Origin: Actinomycetota bacterium
GTDB taxonomy: Bacteria; Actinomycetota; Thermoleophilia; Solirubrobacterales; 70-9
Assembly (NCBI GenBank): GCA_018268675.1
Contig: JAFDWB010000069.1
Coordinates: 19,838 to 83,837, forward strand
Direction of reading: 5' to 3'
Length of the DNA: 64,000 nucleotides
Numbering within the stretch: position 1 is the stretch's first letter; each line of letters opens with the position of its first letter. This document shows, one piece after another, positions 45,428-54,844 of this stretch. The notes below the pieces were generated by a model. It searched no databases, was not told the DNA's origin, and was given only the letters and a program-made list of their open reading frames with translations. Made by a program: the position numbers and the translations under genes.

Positions 45428-48400
45428 TCAGCGGCTCCCCCGCCCGCCTCGCCTCGGCCTGCCCGATTTCTTGCAGCGGACGGCGACCGGCGGCTTGAAG
45501 GCCCGCACCTTCGCGTTCTGACCGGTGAAGCGGACAAGCGCGCGGCGCCGGGCCTTCGGCGCGTGGCAGAGGTCTTCGGAGTTTTCGAGCAGGCCGTACT
45601 TCTTACCGCCCTTCATCTCGAGGACGAAGCGGCTGACGGGTGCGTCCGGCACGACTTCGAAGGTGTTGCGAATGCCCTTGTTGGCCCCGCTGTCGACTTT
45701 GCCGGCCAGCAGGATACGGATCTGGCCGTTCAGTTCGGCGACCAGCGCGGGCAGCTTGTAGCCGTACCCGCCGACCAGGTAGACGTTGCCTTCGAGCGGC
45801 GCTTCCAGCAGCGGCGTCCACGCTCTCGCCCGGCCGTAGATCGTGCTCGACGGGCAGTTGCCGGCCAGCAGCACCGGCTTGGTGCAGGCCTTGTTCAGGT
45901 TGGCCTGGTCGAGGAACTCCCCGCGGGGCAGGTTCACCTGCGCGCGGGCGATCGCGGCTTCGCCGGGCTTTGCCGTCACCACCGCCTTCAGCGCCGGATG
46001 GCCGCGCCGCCCGGTGGCACCCTTCAGCCGGAGCTTCAGGCCGGGCTTGAACGCCAGCGCGCCGCAGTTGCCGACCTGGAAGCGACTCGAGGGACCGGCG
46101 CTGCCGCCGTCGAGCCCGCCGAGCTGCGAGCTCACCGCCATCGGGTTGCAGCTGGTCGGGTTGAGGCTGAAGTCCTGGCGGTCGATCTTGATCTCGAGCG
46201 AGCGCAGCTGCAGCGGAATCCCCTTGAGGATGTGGGGGATCTCTTCCGCGCGCGCGGTGATCTGCGCCGTCCTCGGATCGACGAACAGCGGCGCCCGGAC
46301 GACGACGTCGCCGAGGTCGAAGGGGCCGGCGACGGCCGGGGTGACCACCACCGCGCTCAGCGGCGCGCCGCCGTAGGGGCCGGCGAGGTAGACCGCCCCA
46401 CCGACGTGGATCGGTTCCGGCCCGACCCCGGCGGCGGTGTCGACGGTGCCGATCCGGGCGGCCGCCGGACAGCTCGGGTCGGCCTGCTCGGTCTTGCCGC
46501 TCTTCCCCCGCGCGGCGGCGATCGCGGCGTCGGGGCAGTACGGGATCCCGGCGAGCCTCGCGGTGAGCCCGGCGGGCAGGGAGAAGTCGAGGCGCGTGAG
46601 TTCCTGTTCGCCGTCGTTGCGGGAGAGCCTGATCACCAGCGGCGCGTAGGCACCGGCCTGGGTGACGGTCGTGCCCGCTTCGAATCCGGGCGAGAACGGC
46701 AGCGCCCCCGCGCTGGTGACACAGGCACCGCCTCCGGCCCCGCTGGTGATCCGGAACCCGTCTTCTTCGACCGGCGCCGCTTCGGCCGGCGAGTCGGATT
46801 CCGCCGACCAAGGGGTCAGCGCGCCGGTGCTCCTGTAGGTGCCGCAGAGCGCGGGCGTGGCGAGCTGCGAGCGGGGCCCGCCGCCGCGGAAGTGCAACGT
46901 CAGGTCTTCGAAGGGCACCTGCGGGTTGTCGTCGAAGGTCGCCGTGAGCTGACCCGAGCCGGGGTCGGCCCTCACCTCGCCGGGCAGCTTCAGGGTGACG
47001 CCGAAACGCTTGCTTTCGACCACCAGGTAGAGGGCGATCAGGCTGCCGAAGGGGTTTTCGTCCTGGGCGGCCAGGTAGATCGTCCCGTGCAGTTCCGCTT
47101 CCAGCAGCGGCGTCGAGATGTCGACGGTGCCGATCCGCGAGGCTTCGGGGCAGCTCACCGGCTTTTCGTCGAAGCGCATCGGGTTCGGCATCGGGAAGCC
47201 GGAGCCGCGGTACCCGATCTCGGCCTCGCTGCACGCCGCGAGCCCGGCGGCGGCCGACGGGTTGAGGGTGAGGCCGGGAGGCAAGGTGACGACGGTCTTC
47301 TTCAGGTCGGAGCTCGCGAGCCGGCTCGGATCGGTGAGTCCGCGCTGGGGGATGTGCAGATGGGCGGTCGCGGCGGTCCCGCTCGAGGCCTGGCTCGATT
47401 CCGGCTGCAGGGAGAGCGTCGGCACTTCCTGCATCGGTTCCGGACCCTGGCCGACCCAGGCTTCGGTCAGCCCACCGCAACCGGTCACCGCCGGCTGGCC
47501 GGCGCTCGCTTCGTCTTCGATTGCGTTCGGATCGGGGTTCGCCCAGCTGTTCGTCTGCAAGGTCGCCACCGGCCCCCGCCCGGCCGCCGCTTCTTCGCGC
47601 TGCAGGGAGCAGTCGGTCGGGTTCCGCAGAAATGCCATGCCGGACGCGGCGGCGGGGAAGCCTTCCAGCGTGGTGAGGGTGCCGTAAATCAGTTCCGCCG
47701 TGGGCAGGTTGGTGCTGCCGACGGTGACGCCGAAATCCTCCGCCGCGCGCAGGGAGCCGAGCAGGCTGACGTTGGCGAAGTTGAGGATGTTCGCCGTGAA
47801 CTCGGCGGCGGTGCCGATGGCCGGCACGTCGTTGAAGATCGGGGAGGGCGGAATGTAGGGGCCTCCGAAGCCGGCCGAGGTGTAGGCCGTTTTCGCGATG
47901 TAAGCGGCCCCCACCATCGACGCGGCCACGGTGCAGAGAGGCGATTCGACCCCCGCCCCCGCGCTGAGCGCCTCCTGGGGACAACGTTTCTCGGTCACCA
48001 TCGGGTCGCCGACGAAGCCCGGCGGGAGCCTGACGTTCGCCGTGCGCACGGCGCCCGCGGGAACGATCTGCGTCCCGTCGGAGCCGATGACCGTGTTCAG
48101 CCAGAAAGCTGTCGAGGCGGTGGCAGGGTGGGCACCCGCACGGAGCTCCGGCTTGCCCTCGGCGTCGAACGCGCCGGCCCAGAAGGCGGCGATGCCGGGC
48201 CCGGCGGGAGTCGCGGAGACCACCAGCCGCGCGAGATCGGACTCGGCTTCCGCGCCGCCCCCGGTCACAGTCACCGGCAAGGTCGAGTGCCCGCTCGCCC
48301 GGGGTCCGTCGACCGTCAGCGGAACCCTGAACGTCGGCGCACTTTCCTCACCCGGAACGACGCCCGAATAGGAACAGACGAGGACGGTGCCTTCCGCGGC

Positions 48401-49024
48401 GGCGGGACAGTTCCACCCTTCTTCACCCACGGGACGACTTTCGATACCGGTCGGGAGCGGACCCAACGAAACGGTGAGCGCCGGGATCGCATCCGCGGAC
48501 GCCCCGCCGACATTGGTCACGCTGACCGCGAGACTGCCGCCTTCGAAGGATTCGGCGCCCGCCACCGAGGTGGAAACGGTGACCGTCGAGCCGCCGCCCT
48601 GCAGGCCGCTTTGATCGGGGACAAGTTCAGGTACATCGTGACCCGCCAGCCCGCCGCCGAAGCTCACGAAGTACGGATTTTCCCCGCCGGGATTGCCCGG
48701 TCCGCCGGTTACGGTGAGCCTGCCGCCTACCGCGGCGATCGCGGGGACGGCGTCCAACGCCGACTCGATCGCGCCGGGACCGGAGTCGTAGGCGAGCGGG
48801 GCGGTCGACTCGCCTTCGAAGGCAAGTGTGAACGTGCCGCCGGAAGCATCGACGGCAACCCGCTGCACCTCCTTCGTGACCGGGGGAAGATTGGTGGGAC
48901 CGGTGGCGGCGAGCACCCTCCAGGCCGGTGCGGCTACCTGGGCCCCGGCGACAGGCGGGACGGTGAGGGCAAGCGCGACGACTGTGGTCGCGAGCAGCAG
49001 GCTGATCGTGGTTCGCCCGGTCAC
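45428..49024 (-). CDS. Very large secreted protein (1198 aa) with internally repeated Cys-containing modules and a basic C-terminal tail
   Basis: Signal peptide ISLLLATTVVALALTVPPVAGA. Three recurring modules resemble CP..(S/A)RIGTVD...(V/I)YLA...PF. The C-terminus is KKSGRPRRGGRGSR. The GTG start overlaps the upstream stop (GTGA, 49021-49024). Confidence 0.7.
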   Translation of the reverse strand: MTGRTTISLLLATTVVALALTVPPVAGAQVAAPAWRVLAATGPTNLPPVTKEVQRVAVDASGGTFTLAFEGESTAPLAYDSGPGAIESALDAVPAIAAVGGRLTVTGGPGNPGGENPYFVSFGGGLAGHDVPELVPDQSGLQGGGSTVTVSTSVAGAESFEGGSLAVSVTNVGGASADAIPALTVSLGPLPTGIESRPVGEEGWNCPAAAEGTVLVCSYSGVVPGEESAPTFRVPLTVDGPRASGHSTLPVTVTGGGAEAESDLARLVVSATPAGPGIAAFWAGAFDAEGKPELRAGAHPATASTAFWLNTVIGSDGTQIVPAGAVRTANVRLPPGFVGDPMVTEKRCPQEALSAGAGVESPLCTVAASMVGAAYIAKTAYTSAGFGGPYIPPSPIFNDVPAIGTAAEFTANILNFANVSLLGSLRAAEDFGVTVGSTNLPTAELIYGTLTTLEGFPAAASGMAFLRNPTDCSLQREEAAAGRGPVATLQTNSWANPDPNAIEDEASAGQPAVTGCGGLTEAWVGQGPEPMQEVPTLSLQPESSQASSGTAATAHLHIPQRGLTDPSRLASSDLKKTVVTLPPGLTLNPSAAAGLAACSEAEIGYRGSGFPMPNPMRFDEKPVSCPEASRIGTVDISTPLLEAELHGTIYLAAQDENPFGSLIALYLVVESKRFGVTLKLPGEVRADPGSGQLTATFDDNPQVPFEDLTLHFRGGGPRSQLATPALCGTYRSTGALTPWSAESDSPAEAAPVEEDGFRITSGAGGGACVTSAGALPFSPGFEAGTTVTQAGAYAPLVIRLSRNDGEQELTRLDFSLPAGLTARLAGIPYCPDAAIAAARGKSGKTEQADPSCPAAARIGTVDTAAGVGPEPIHVGGAVYLAGPYGGAPLSAVVVTPAVAGPFDLGDVVVRAPLFVDPRTAQITARAEEIPHILKGIPLQLRSLEIKIDRQDFSLNPTSCNPMAVSSQLGGLDGGSAGPSSRFQVGNCGALAFKPGLKLRLKGATGRRGHPALKAVVTAKPGEAAIARAQVNLPRGEFLDQANLNKACTKPVLLAGNCPSSTIYGRARAWTPLLEAPLEGNVYLVGGYGYKLPALVAELNGQIRILLAGKVDSGANKGIRNTFEVVPDAPVSRFVLEMKGGKKYGLLENSEDLCHAPKARRRALVRFTGQNAKVRAFKPPVAVRCKKSGRPRRGGRGSR

Positions 49025-52000
49025 CTTGCCGCCCTCCCGTTCGCGCTCGATCGATCCGCCGTGCCGCCCGGCTTGCTCGCGTGCTTCTTGCCGTGGCGCC
49101 TGGCCCGGCTCGGCTTTCGCTTATGCCCTTTTGGCTTGTGCTTCTTGACCGGCGGATTGCTCGGACCGTTGAAGGTGGAGGTCGCCGCGCCCGCCTGGTC
49201 CGGCACGGCCGATCGGCTGCCGTTGCACAGCCCTTCGACCCCAGCATCGCATGGAGGGGACGGCGCGAGCGGTTCAGGGAATCCGCCGCCGACCCGCGCG
49301 TCGTAGACGTCCCAGCCTTCGTTCCGGTCGCTTCCGACCAGCGCCTGCGGGGTCGCGAAGTAGACATCGCCTCCACCGGCGCTCGCCCCGCCGAAGAAGT
49401 TGGCGGAAGGCCTATTGCCACCGACTCTGCCGCCGCTGGGCACTCCGGCGGGTTCGGTGGCGATCAACGACACCTGCCCGTCCTCCCACTGAAAGAGGTT
49501 GCGCCGTCCTTCGACCGCCCCGATGGCGAGGGGATCGAACGAGTAGAAATAGAGGCGCTTCCCGTCATCGCTGAGGATCGTCGGCTGGATCGTCCTGTCT
49601 TCGGCATCCGTCAACTGAGCGTCGATGAGCGGGGTGAGCTTCCTCGCCGAGTAGGGCGCCTCTCCATCGCGCCGGCACGAGGCGCAGACGGTCCTGCCGT
49701 CGGCCGCGGAAAATAGGTAGACCATCGTCACTCCTCCGGGGACCCCGAGCGACGATTCGAATACGAACCTCTTGCCGTCCGGAGTCGCGCGCGAGGTCCA
49801 ATTGCCTCGAGTGCCGACCAAGGCGGAGGAGTCGAGGACCCCGGCTTCGGTCGCTTCGGCGGCGATCGGAGCGACGAAGTGGATCCCCCCGGCGTGGGCG
49901 AGGAAGATGTTGTACGTGCCGGCGTCGAGGTTTGCTCGTTCGCTTCGCCCCACCCCACCGAGGCGGCCGCGCGCGGCGAAGTAGACATAGCTCCCGTCTT
50001 CGGAGGCGTCTAGGACCCCGACCACTCCCGCCCCCTTGGCATCGGTGGTGTCGGGCGAGAGATCGGTCAAGCGTTCGCCGGCAGGAGCTGCAGCGTCGTA
50101 TTCGTAGAGGTCACAACCGGCGCCGGAGATGTCGCCCGGAGTTCCGGCGGGTGCGTTGGAGCAGCTTGTGGCCCCGGAGCTCGAGCCGTTGGCCGCCAGC
50201 CCGTAGCGGGCGGTGAAGAAGACGCGGGTGCCGTCGGCGGAGGCGGTCCAGTAGCGCGAGTCACCTTCGTTCGGCGTCGCGGTCTCCGACTGGGAGACGT
50301 CGACCGCGGGGGCGGTGCCCGCAAGCTCGGCCGGGTCTTCGCCGTCGCGGAGGAAGATCGCCGGCCACCCGCGGTCGCCGCCGAGGCGACTGATCGCGGT
50401 GAAGACGGTGTGCGACCCGTCCGCGGAGACCGCGTGCCAATAGTCGGTCGACGCCTTGGCACCGATCGGCGGGACCGGGTTGTCGGGCAGCTGTGGCAGC
50501 GCCCCCGGCACGGATTCGGCCGGTACCGGTTCCCCTGCGCCTCCCGGACCGGGGATGAGCGCCACGTTCCTGATCACACCCCGGTCCCATTCGTAAAGCT
50601 GGAAACTGGACGCGGTGGAAGGGATCCCCGGGTAGCGGTACATGGTGCGGAACACGACCCGCCGGCAGTCGGGCGACATCCCCAAGACCAGGTATTCACC
50701 TTGGAGCAGCATCCCCCCGGTGGAGAAGACTTCCGAGGGTGTCGGAGGACCCACCGGAGGCAAGCTTGTGATCAGCTGGTAGGAGCCGGTCGCGTTGTCA
50801 CGCCGGTACAGGTTGGACCCGCCGGCTTCGACAGCCGTGGCCGGAGCGTCGGCAAGGAGAGGCGCGGAGCTGGCGACGATCGCGCACCCGAGATCGGGAG
50901 AGAGCACTTTGACGCCGCTGTTCCGAGCACCTACGAAGCGCTTCGGGGCGACGAGCGTCGGCGGGGTCACCTGTTCCGACAGCCATCCCCCGGCGCCGCG
51001 GCGAGCCAGATAGACCGCCTCGTCGCCCGAGGTGGCCTCCGGGTACCCGAGTTCGACCACGTAGGCCAACGCGGAGCTCGTCGAGGCGGCCTGAAACTGG
51101 GGCTCGGCCCGGCCGACCAGGGGTTTTCCGGGTTTGGCCAGTGGCCCCCTTTCCGGCGGTGAGACCAACTCGAGGCAGCGCCCGTCGGTCAGGCCGCAGG
51201 AGTCGAGCGTTTCGAAGGTCTGATCGGGCCCCGCGGCCTCCCCGCCTTCGGAGCTGACCGCCGTGACCCGGTAGTGGTAGCGGGTGGCAGAGCTCAGGCC
51301 GCTGATCTGACCGCTCACCACGGTCGGTCCTTGATTGCTACCGATGGTGCCGCTCGCGGCGACGTGCCCGTACGCGCTCGTCGGTCCCCATTCGATCCGG
51401 TAGGAGGTGTCCGCGCCGCGCGGATCGATTGTCCCTTCGAGCGTCGCGGAGTTTTCGGTTGCGTCGCGGGCGAGTGTTTCGGGAAACCGCGGCGGACCGA
51501 CCGTGCTGAAGGTGAGCGTTTCCCCCCGCAAGGTGCCGAGCGCGTTGGTGGCGCTGAGGCGGTACTTGTAGTCCTTGTTCGACTGTAGGTGGGTCAGCGA
51601 AAGGCCGACGGCGTGCGTGGAGGAGTCCGGAGGTATCTGGGACGCACCGGGTTCGCAGTCGGCTTCATGTCCGAAGCCCGACGCGGCGGCCAGGCCGTAT
51701 TCAAACCGACAGCCGGTGTACTGCCGCCCTTCCGGCTGCAGCGTGCCGCTCAGCGTGGCGCTTTCCGCCCGCACCGCGGTCGCGGCGCCGGTGGTCGGGA
51801 TCGACAGCGCCGGGCCGAAGGCCTTGACCGTCCCGGTGCTCCCGTCGGGGACATAGACCCGATCGCCGGAGGGACTCACGGCGACCCCGAAAGAGTTCCC
51901 GATTTCGCCTGCGCCGAAGGCGTAGGCCGGTTTACCGGCCGAGTCGTAGACGGCGACTTCTTCGCCGCGGTTGACGACTAGGGAGTCGTCGGAAGGGTCC

Positions 52001-52734
52001 ACCGCGATCGTCGAGCCGACCGCGTCGACGACGGCTGCCGCCGTAGCCTCGATTCCTTCGAGCCGAAAGGCACCGCCGCTGAACGCCGCCTCGTAGACGG
52101 TGCCGAGCGAATCTGCGCCGACGTTGCAGGTCCGTTCCGAGACGACCGAGGTGCGGGCGGGCTGTCCACTGGGCGGATTGGACGCGGGGACATATTCGAC
52201 CACCGAAGGGTAGACGCCGACGAAGAGGTGCCCGGCCGGATCGGTGGCGACGCCGCACGTCTCCCCGCCGGTTTCCAGTTCGCCGAGCGCGCTGCCGTCA
52301 GCGGCGTAGACCTGCAAGCCGGAAAAAGAGTTGTTGGCGACGTAGATATCGCCCGCGGTGCCCCCGGGGGACCCGGGCGGCGCGACCGCGACCTGGTTTT
52401 CCGAGCCCGATCCCGCCCCGCCGACGTTTTCGATCACGTTGGCGCCCAGCCCGCTGAAATCGACCGGCTGACCGGCGGCATCGAACTTGTACACCCTGCC
52501 CGCGCCGATGTCGTAGACGTAGACATCCCCCGACCCCCGATCGACCGCGACGCTCTCCGGGCCGACGAAGGATTCCGAGCCGCCCGTGCCGTCCGGGCCG
52601 AACGAGACGCCCGAGAAGATCCTGGTCTGAGCGGCGGATGCCGAGGTCGGCACCGCCGCGAGCAACAAGCCGACGGCGAGCAGCGTCGATGCGAACCATC
52701 CCATTCCGCCGTGCCCGCACGACCTTCCGCCCAT
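49021..52734 (-). CDS. Very large secreted protein (1237 aa) with NHL-like, FN3-like and TolB/PD40-like beta-propeller repeats and a basic tail
   Basis: Signal peptide. An NHL-like segment (GDVYVYD, GDIYVAN). An FN3-like segment (TAVRAESATLSGTLQPEGRQYTGCRFEYG). Repeated (S/T)(A/P/D/E)DG...(V/Y)F motifs (SADGSHTVF, SADGTRVFF, SEDGSYVYF, TPDGKRFVF, SDDGKRLYF). C-terminal KKHKPKGHKRKPSRARRHGKKH. An alternative start exists at ATG 52704. Confidence 0.75.
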   Translation of the reverse strand: MGGRSCGHGGMGWFASTLLAVGLLLAAVPTSASAAQTRIFSGVSFGPDGTGGSESFVGPESVAVDRGSGDVYVYDIGAGRVYKFDAAGQPVDFSGLGANVIENVGGAGSGSENQVAVAPPGSPGGTAGDIYVANNSFSGLQVYAADGSALGELETGGETCGVATDPAGHLFVGVYPSVVEYVPASNPPSGQPARTSVVSERTCNVGADSLGTVYEAAFSGGAFRLEGIEATAAAVVDAVGSTIAVDPSDDSLVVNRGEEVAVYDSAGKPAYAFGAGEIGNSFGVAVSPSGDRVYVPDGSTGTVKAFGPALSIPTTGAATAVRAESATLSGTLQPEGRQYTGCRFEYGLAAASGFGHEADCEPGASQIPPDSSTHAVGLSLTHLQSNKDYKYRLSATNALGTLRGETLTFSTVGPPRFPETLARDATENSATLEGTIDPRGADTSYRIEWGPTSAYGHVAASGTIGSNQGPTVVSGQISGLSSATRYHYRVTAVSSEGGEAAGPDQTFETLDSCGLTDGRCLELVSPPERGPLAKPGKPLVGRAEPQFQAASTSSALAYVVELGYPEATSGDEAVYLARRGAGGWLSEQVTPPTLVAPKRFVGARNSGVKVLSPDLGCAIVASSAPLLADAPATAVEAGGSNLYRRDNATGSYQLITSLPPVGPPTPSEVFSTGGMLLQGEYLVLGMSPDCRRVVFRTMYRYPGIPSTASSFQLYEWDRGVIRNVALIPGPGGAGEPVPAESVPGALPQLPDNPVPPIGAKASTDYWHAVSADGSHTVFTAISRLGGDRGWPAIFLRDGEDPAELAGTAPAVDVSQSETATPNEGDSRYWTASADGTRVFFTARYGLAANGSSSGATSCSNAPAGTPGDISGAGCDLYEYDAAAPAGERLTDLSPDTTDAKGAGVVGVLDASEDGSYVYFAARGRLGGVGRSERANLDAGTYNIFLAHAGGIHFVAPIAAEATEAGVLDSSALVGTRGNWTSRATPDGKRFVFESSLGVPGGVTMVYLFSAADGRTVCASCRRDGEAPYSARKLTPLIDAQLTDAEDRTIQPTILSDDGKRLYFYSFDPLAIGAVEGRRNLFQWEDGQVSLIATEPAGVPSGGRVGGNRPSANFFGGASAGGGDVYFATPQALVGSDRNEGWDVYDARVGGGFPEPLAPSPPCDAGVEGLCNGSRSAVPDQAGAATSTFNGPSNPPVKKHKPKGHKRKPSRARRHGKKHASKPGGTADRSSANGRAAR

Positions 52735-52912
52735 GCTGCCCTACCCCTTTCGTCTGCGCTCGGTGCGGCCCGCAGGTCACCACCGCGCCTCACGTCAGAC
52801 GCTGACCAGCCCTGCCGTGACCAGTGTGGGCGGACTATCGATGACTGGCGCACAAAGGACTATGGACGTTTTCTGAATCACACACTCGTAGGGAATTGGA
52901 CACACCTACAGA

Positions 52913-52946
52913 CGCAAAACGGGGCCGCGTACGCACACGCGGCCCC
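52913..52946 (-). terminator. Rho-independent terminator after the small secreted-protein gene
   Basis: The minus strand has GGGGCCGCGU-GUGCGU-ACGCGGCCCC (10-bp GC stem) followed by GUUUUG, beginning 25 nt after the stop at 52971. Confidence 0.7.
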
Positions 52947-52970
52947 GCCTTACCGTTGACGCCCGCTCAA

Positions 52971-53516
52971 CTAGTCAACTTTTACCACGCCGTTGGCATC
53001 CGACAGGGCGAAGTCGCCGCTGAAGGTACCGGAGACTCCACCGGTCACTGGCCCTTCCACGTGGACGCTGCTCGCACCGCTGGTGTAGGTCACCGTCGAG
53101 CTGGAGGTTGCCGTGACGAACCCTTTGGCCGTGAGCACTTCGAAATCGAACACCGCCGTCTTTTCCGTCGGCGTGAGCGTGATCGATGTGAGTGTCGGCT
53201 TGACTTCGGTTGAGCTTCCCCCGAACGTGCATTCTTTCGCTTTGTCGTTGGCGCCGTCCATTTCGACTTCGACCAGGCTTCCCGTGTTCGCCTTGACTTT
53301 GCCGTGGACTTCGACGTGTTTGCACACGAGTTCTTCCGTTCCGAGTTTCGTCACCGCGTTCGTGCTTGTGCCGGTGATTGTGGTCCCTACCGCGACCGAT
53401 CCTTTCGGATCTGTCAGCTGCGGGGCCGCGCTCGCGATCGCCGGCAGCGCCGCGAACGCCATCGCCAGCAGGCCGATCACCAGCCCGAGGCCGAGCGGCT
53501 TCCTGATGATGAGCAT
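52971..53516 (-). CDS. Small secreted Thr/Val/Gly-rich protein (181 aa), unknown family
   Basis: Strong AAGGAGGA RBS. Signal peptide LGLGLVIGLLAMAFAALPAIASA. The mature part is beta-strand-like (TVTYTSGASSVHVEGPVTGGVSGTF). Visibly lower GC than its neighbours. Confidence 0.7.
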   Translation of the reverse strand: MLIIRKPLGLGLVIGLLAMAFAALPAIASAAPQLTDPKGSVAVGTTITGTSTNAVTKLGTEELVCKHVEVHGKVKANTGSLVEVEMDGANDKAKECTFGGSSTEVKPTLTSITLTPTEKTAVFDFEVLTAKGFVTATSSSTVTYTSGASSVHVEGPVTGGVSGTFSGDFALSDANGVVKVD

Positions 53517-53557
53517 GTCATCCTCCTTGTTCGGCGGGCATCTGCCCGCCCGGTTGC

Positions 53558-53601
53558 GCGCCGGGACCTCGGTGCGGTTCGATCAGCGGAGGTCCCGGCG
53601 C
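53558..53601 (-). promoter_or_regulatory. 13-bp-stem hairpin in the 5' leader of the small secreted-protein gene
   Basis: GCGCCGGGACCTC-N18-GAGGTCCCGGCGC is perfect. A second hairpin, GGCGGG-CATCTG-CCCGCC (53533-53550), lies 5 nt upstream of the RBS. Confidence 0.4.
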
Positions 53602-53734
53602 CTTTCGCTTGCTTATAGCCGGGACTCCCGCGCCACCGCAACGCTCCGCGCGCATTTCTTTTCGTATGCGAAACGAACCGGAGTGTGTTCGGGGACGTTA
53701 TCCCTGCAAGGCGCGCCGTGAGGGTGTGGAAAGG

Positions 53735-53750
53735 GTCACGAAACCGTGAC
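53735..53750. repeat. Palindrome family D, copy 2 (GTCACG-AAAC-CGTGAC)
   Basis: Lies immediately after the stop (53756) of the wHTH regulator gene and about 220 nt upstream of the small secreted-protein ATG. Matches 28978-28993. Confidence 0.6.
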
Positions 53751-53755
53751 CTCTG

Positions 53756-54781
53756 TCACCCCGATGGCGGCACCGGACGATAGAGCGCCTCGTGCAGACC
53801 GCGGAGAGTCGCTTCGCCGAGCACCCGGTCGCCGCCAAGGTGAAGCGCCCTCGGGCGGGCGTCGATCACTCCCCGCAGCCAGGCGTCGACATCACCGCGG
53901 ATCCACCCGTCCGGAGCCACAGGCGGGGCGCCCCCGTGGCTGGACGTGACCCGCCCTTCCGCCACCCGGGCCCAGACCGCGCAGGCACGCGGGGCGGGCG
54001 GATCCGACCCGCCTTCGACGGTGAAGGCGCAGACACCCTCTACCCCGACCGGCGCGCGGGCCAGGGGCAGGCACGCGAGCAGGCCGATCGCGCCGTCGCT
54101 CGCGCCCACCGGTTCGGCTGTGGAACCCAGGTGGCGCCGTTCCCAGTAGGCGATCGCCGCGAGCCAGGCGATCGCCCGCCGCGCCCAGACCGTGAGCACG
54201 TAGCGCGGCACCCGCCCACCGTCGTCGACGGCTCTCACCAGCCCCGCCCCCTCCAGCCGCCGCAGCATCCGCTTCGCCTTCTGCCGCCCCAGCCCCGGGA
54301 TCGTCGCGATCAGCTCGGCCCTGGTGCGCGGCCGCTGGAGGAGATGCTGGACCAGCGACAGCTCCCATCCGTCGCCGAGCGCGGCGAACGCCCGCCACGC
54401 CCCGTCGCTCTCGGGCCGCAGCGGTCTCCCAGGGTGCACTGTCAGCCAGGACGCGGCCAGCGCCCCCACCCCGAGCAGGTCCTCCCCCGCCGCGGTGAGT
54501 CGAAACTCGCCCGCCCCATTCCCGTCCTCCGGCCCCCGCGCGACCGCCCCGAACGCCTCGAGCTGGTCGAGATGTTCCCGCAGAGTCGTGTCGGATTCGA
54601 GCATCAACCCGGCGCAAAGATCGCCGAGCCTCCTCGGCCCCGCGCTCAGCGTCTCCAGGGCCGCCCGACTGAGTTCAGGCCGCAGGAGGCGCAGCCCGAT
54701 GCCGGCCGAGGGGATCGGCGGTTCCGGAATCGTGATCATTCGGCTCCCCCGGGCTGGATCTTCGATTGCCGATGGCGACAC
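53756..54781 (-). CDS. Putative transcriptional regulator with two winged-helix (HxlR/MarR-like) modules and a C-terminal SCP2-like region
   Basis: Module 1: LETLSAGPRRLGDLCAGL...LREHLDQLEAFGAV. Module 2: LVQHLLQRPRTRAELIATIPGLGRQKAKRMLRRLEGAGLV. This is a weak by-eye call and the start is uncertain (M1 or M15). Confidence 0.5.
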   Translation of the reverse strand: MSPSAIEDPARGSRMITIPEPPIPSAGIGLRLLRPELSRAALETLSAGPRRLGDLCAGLMLESDTTLREHLDQLEAFGAVARGPEDGNGAGEFRLTAAGEDLLGVGALAASWLTVHPGRPLRPESDGAWRAFAALGDGWELSLVQHLLQRPRTRAELIATIPGLGRQKAKRMLRRLEGAGLVRAVDDGGRVPRYVLTVWARRAIAWLAAIAYWERRHLGSTAEPVGASDGAIGLLACLPLARAPVGVEGVCAFTVEGGSDPPAPRACAVWARVAEGRVTSSHGGAPPVAPDGWIRGDVDAWLRGVIDARPRALHLGGDRVLGEATLRGLHEALYRPVPPSG

Positions 54782-54844
54782 CGACGACTGCTCCCCAGCC
54801 CTCGTCGCGGCGGCGCCTCCCTGTGCGTCGAGACTCGCACGGAT

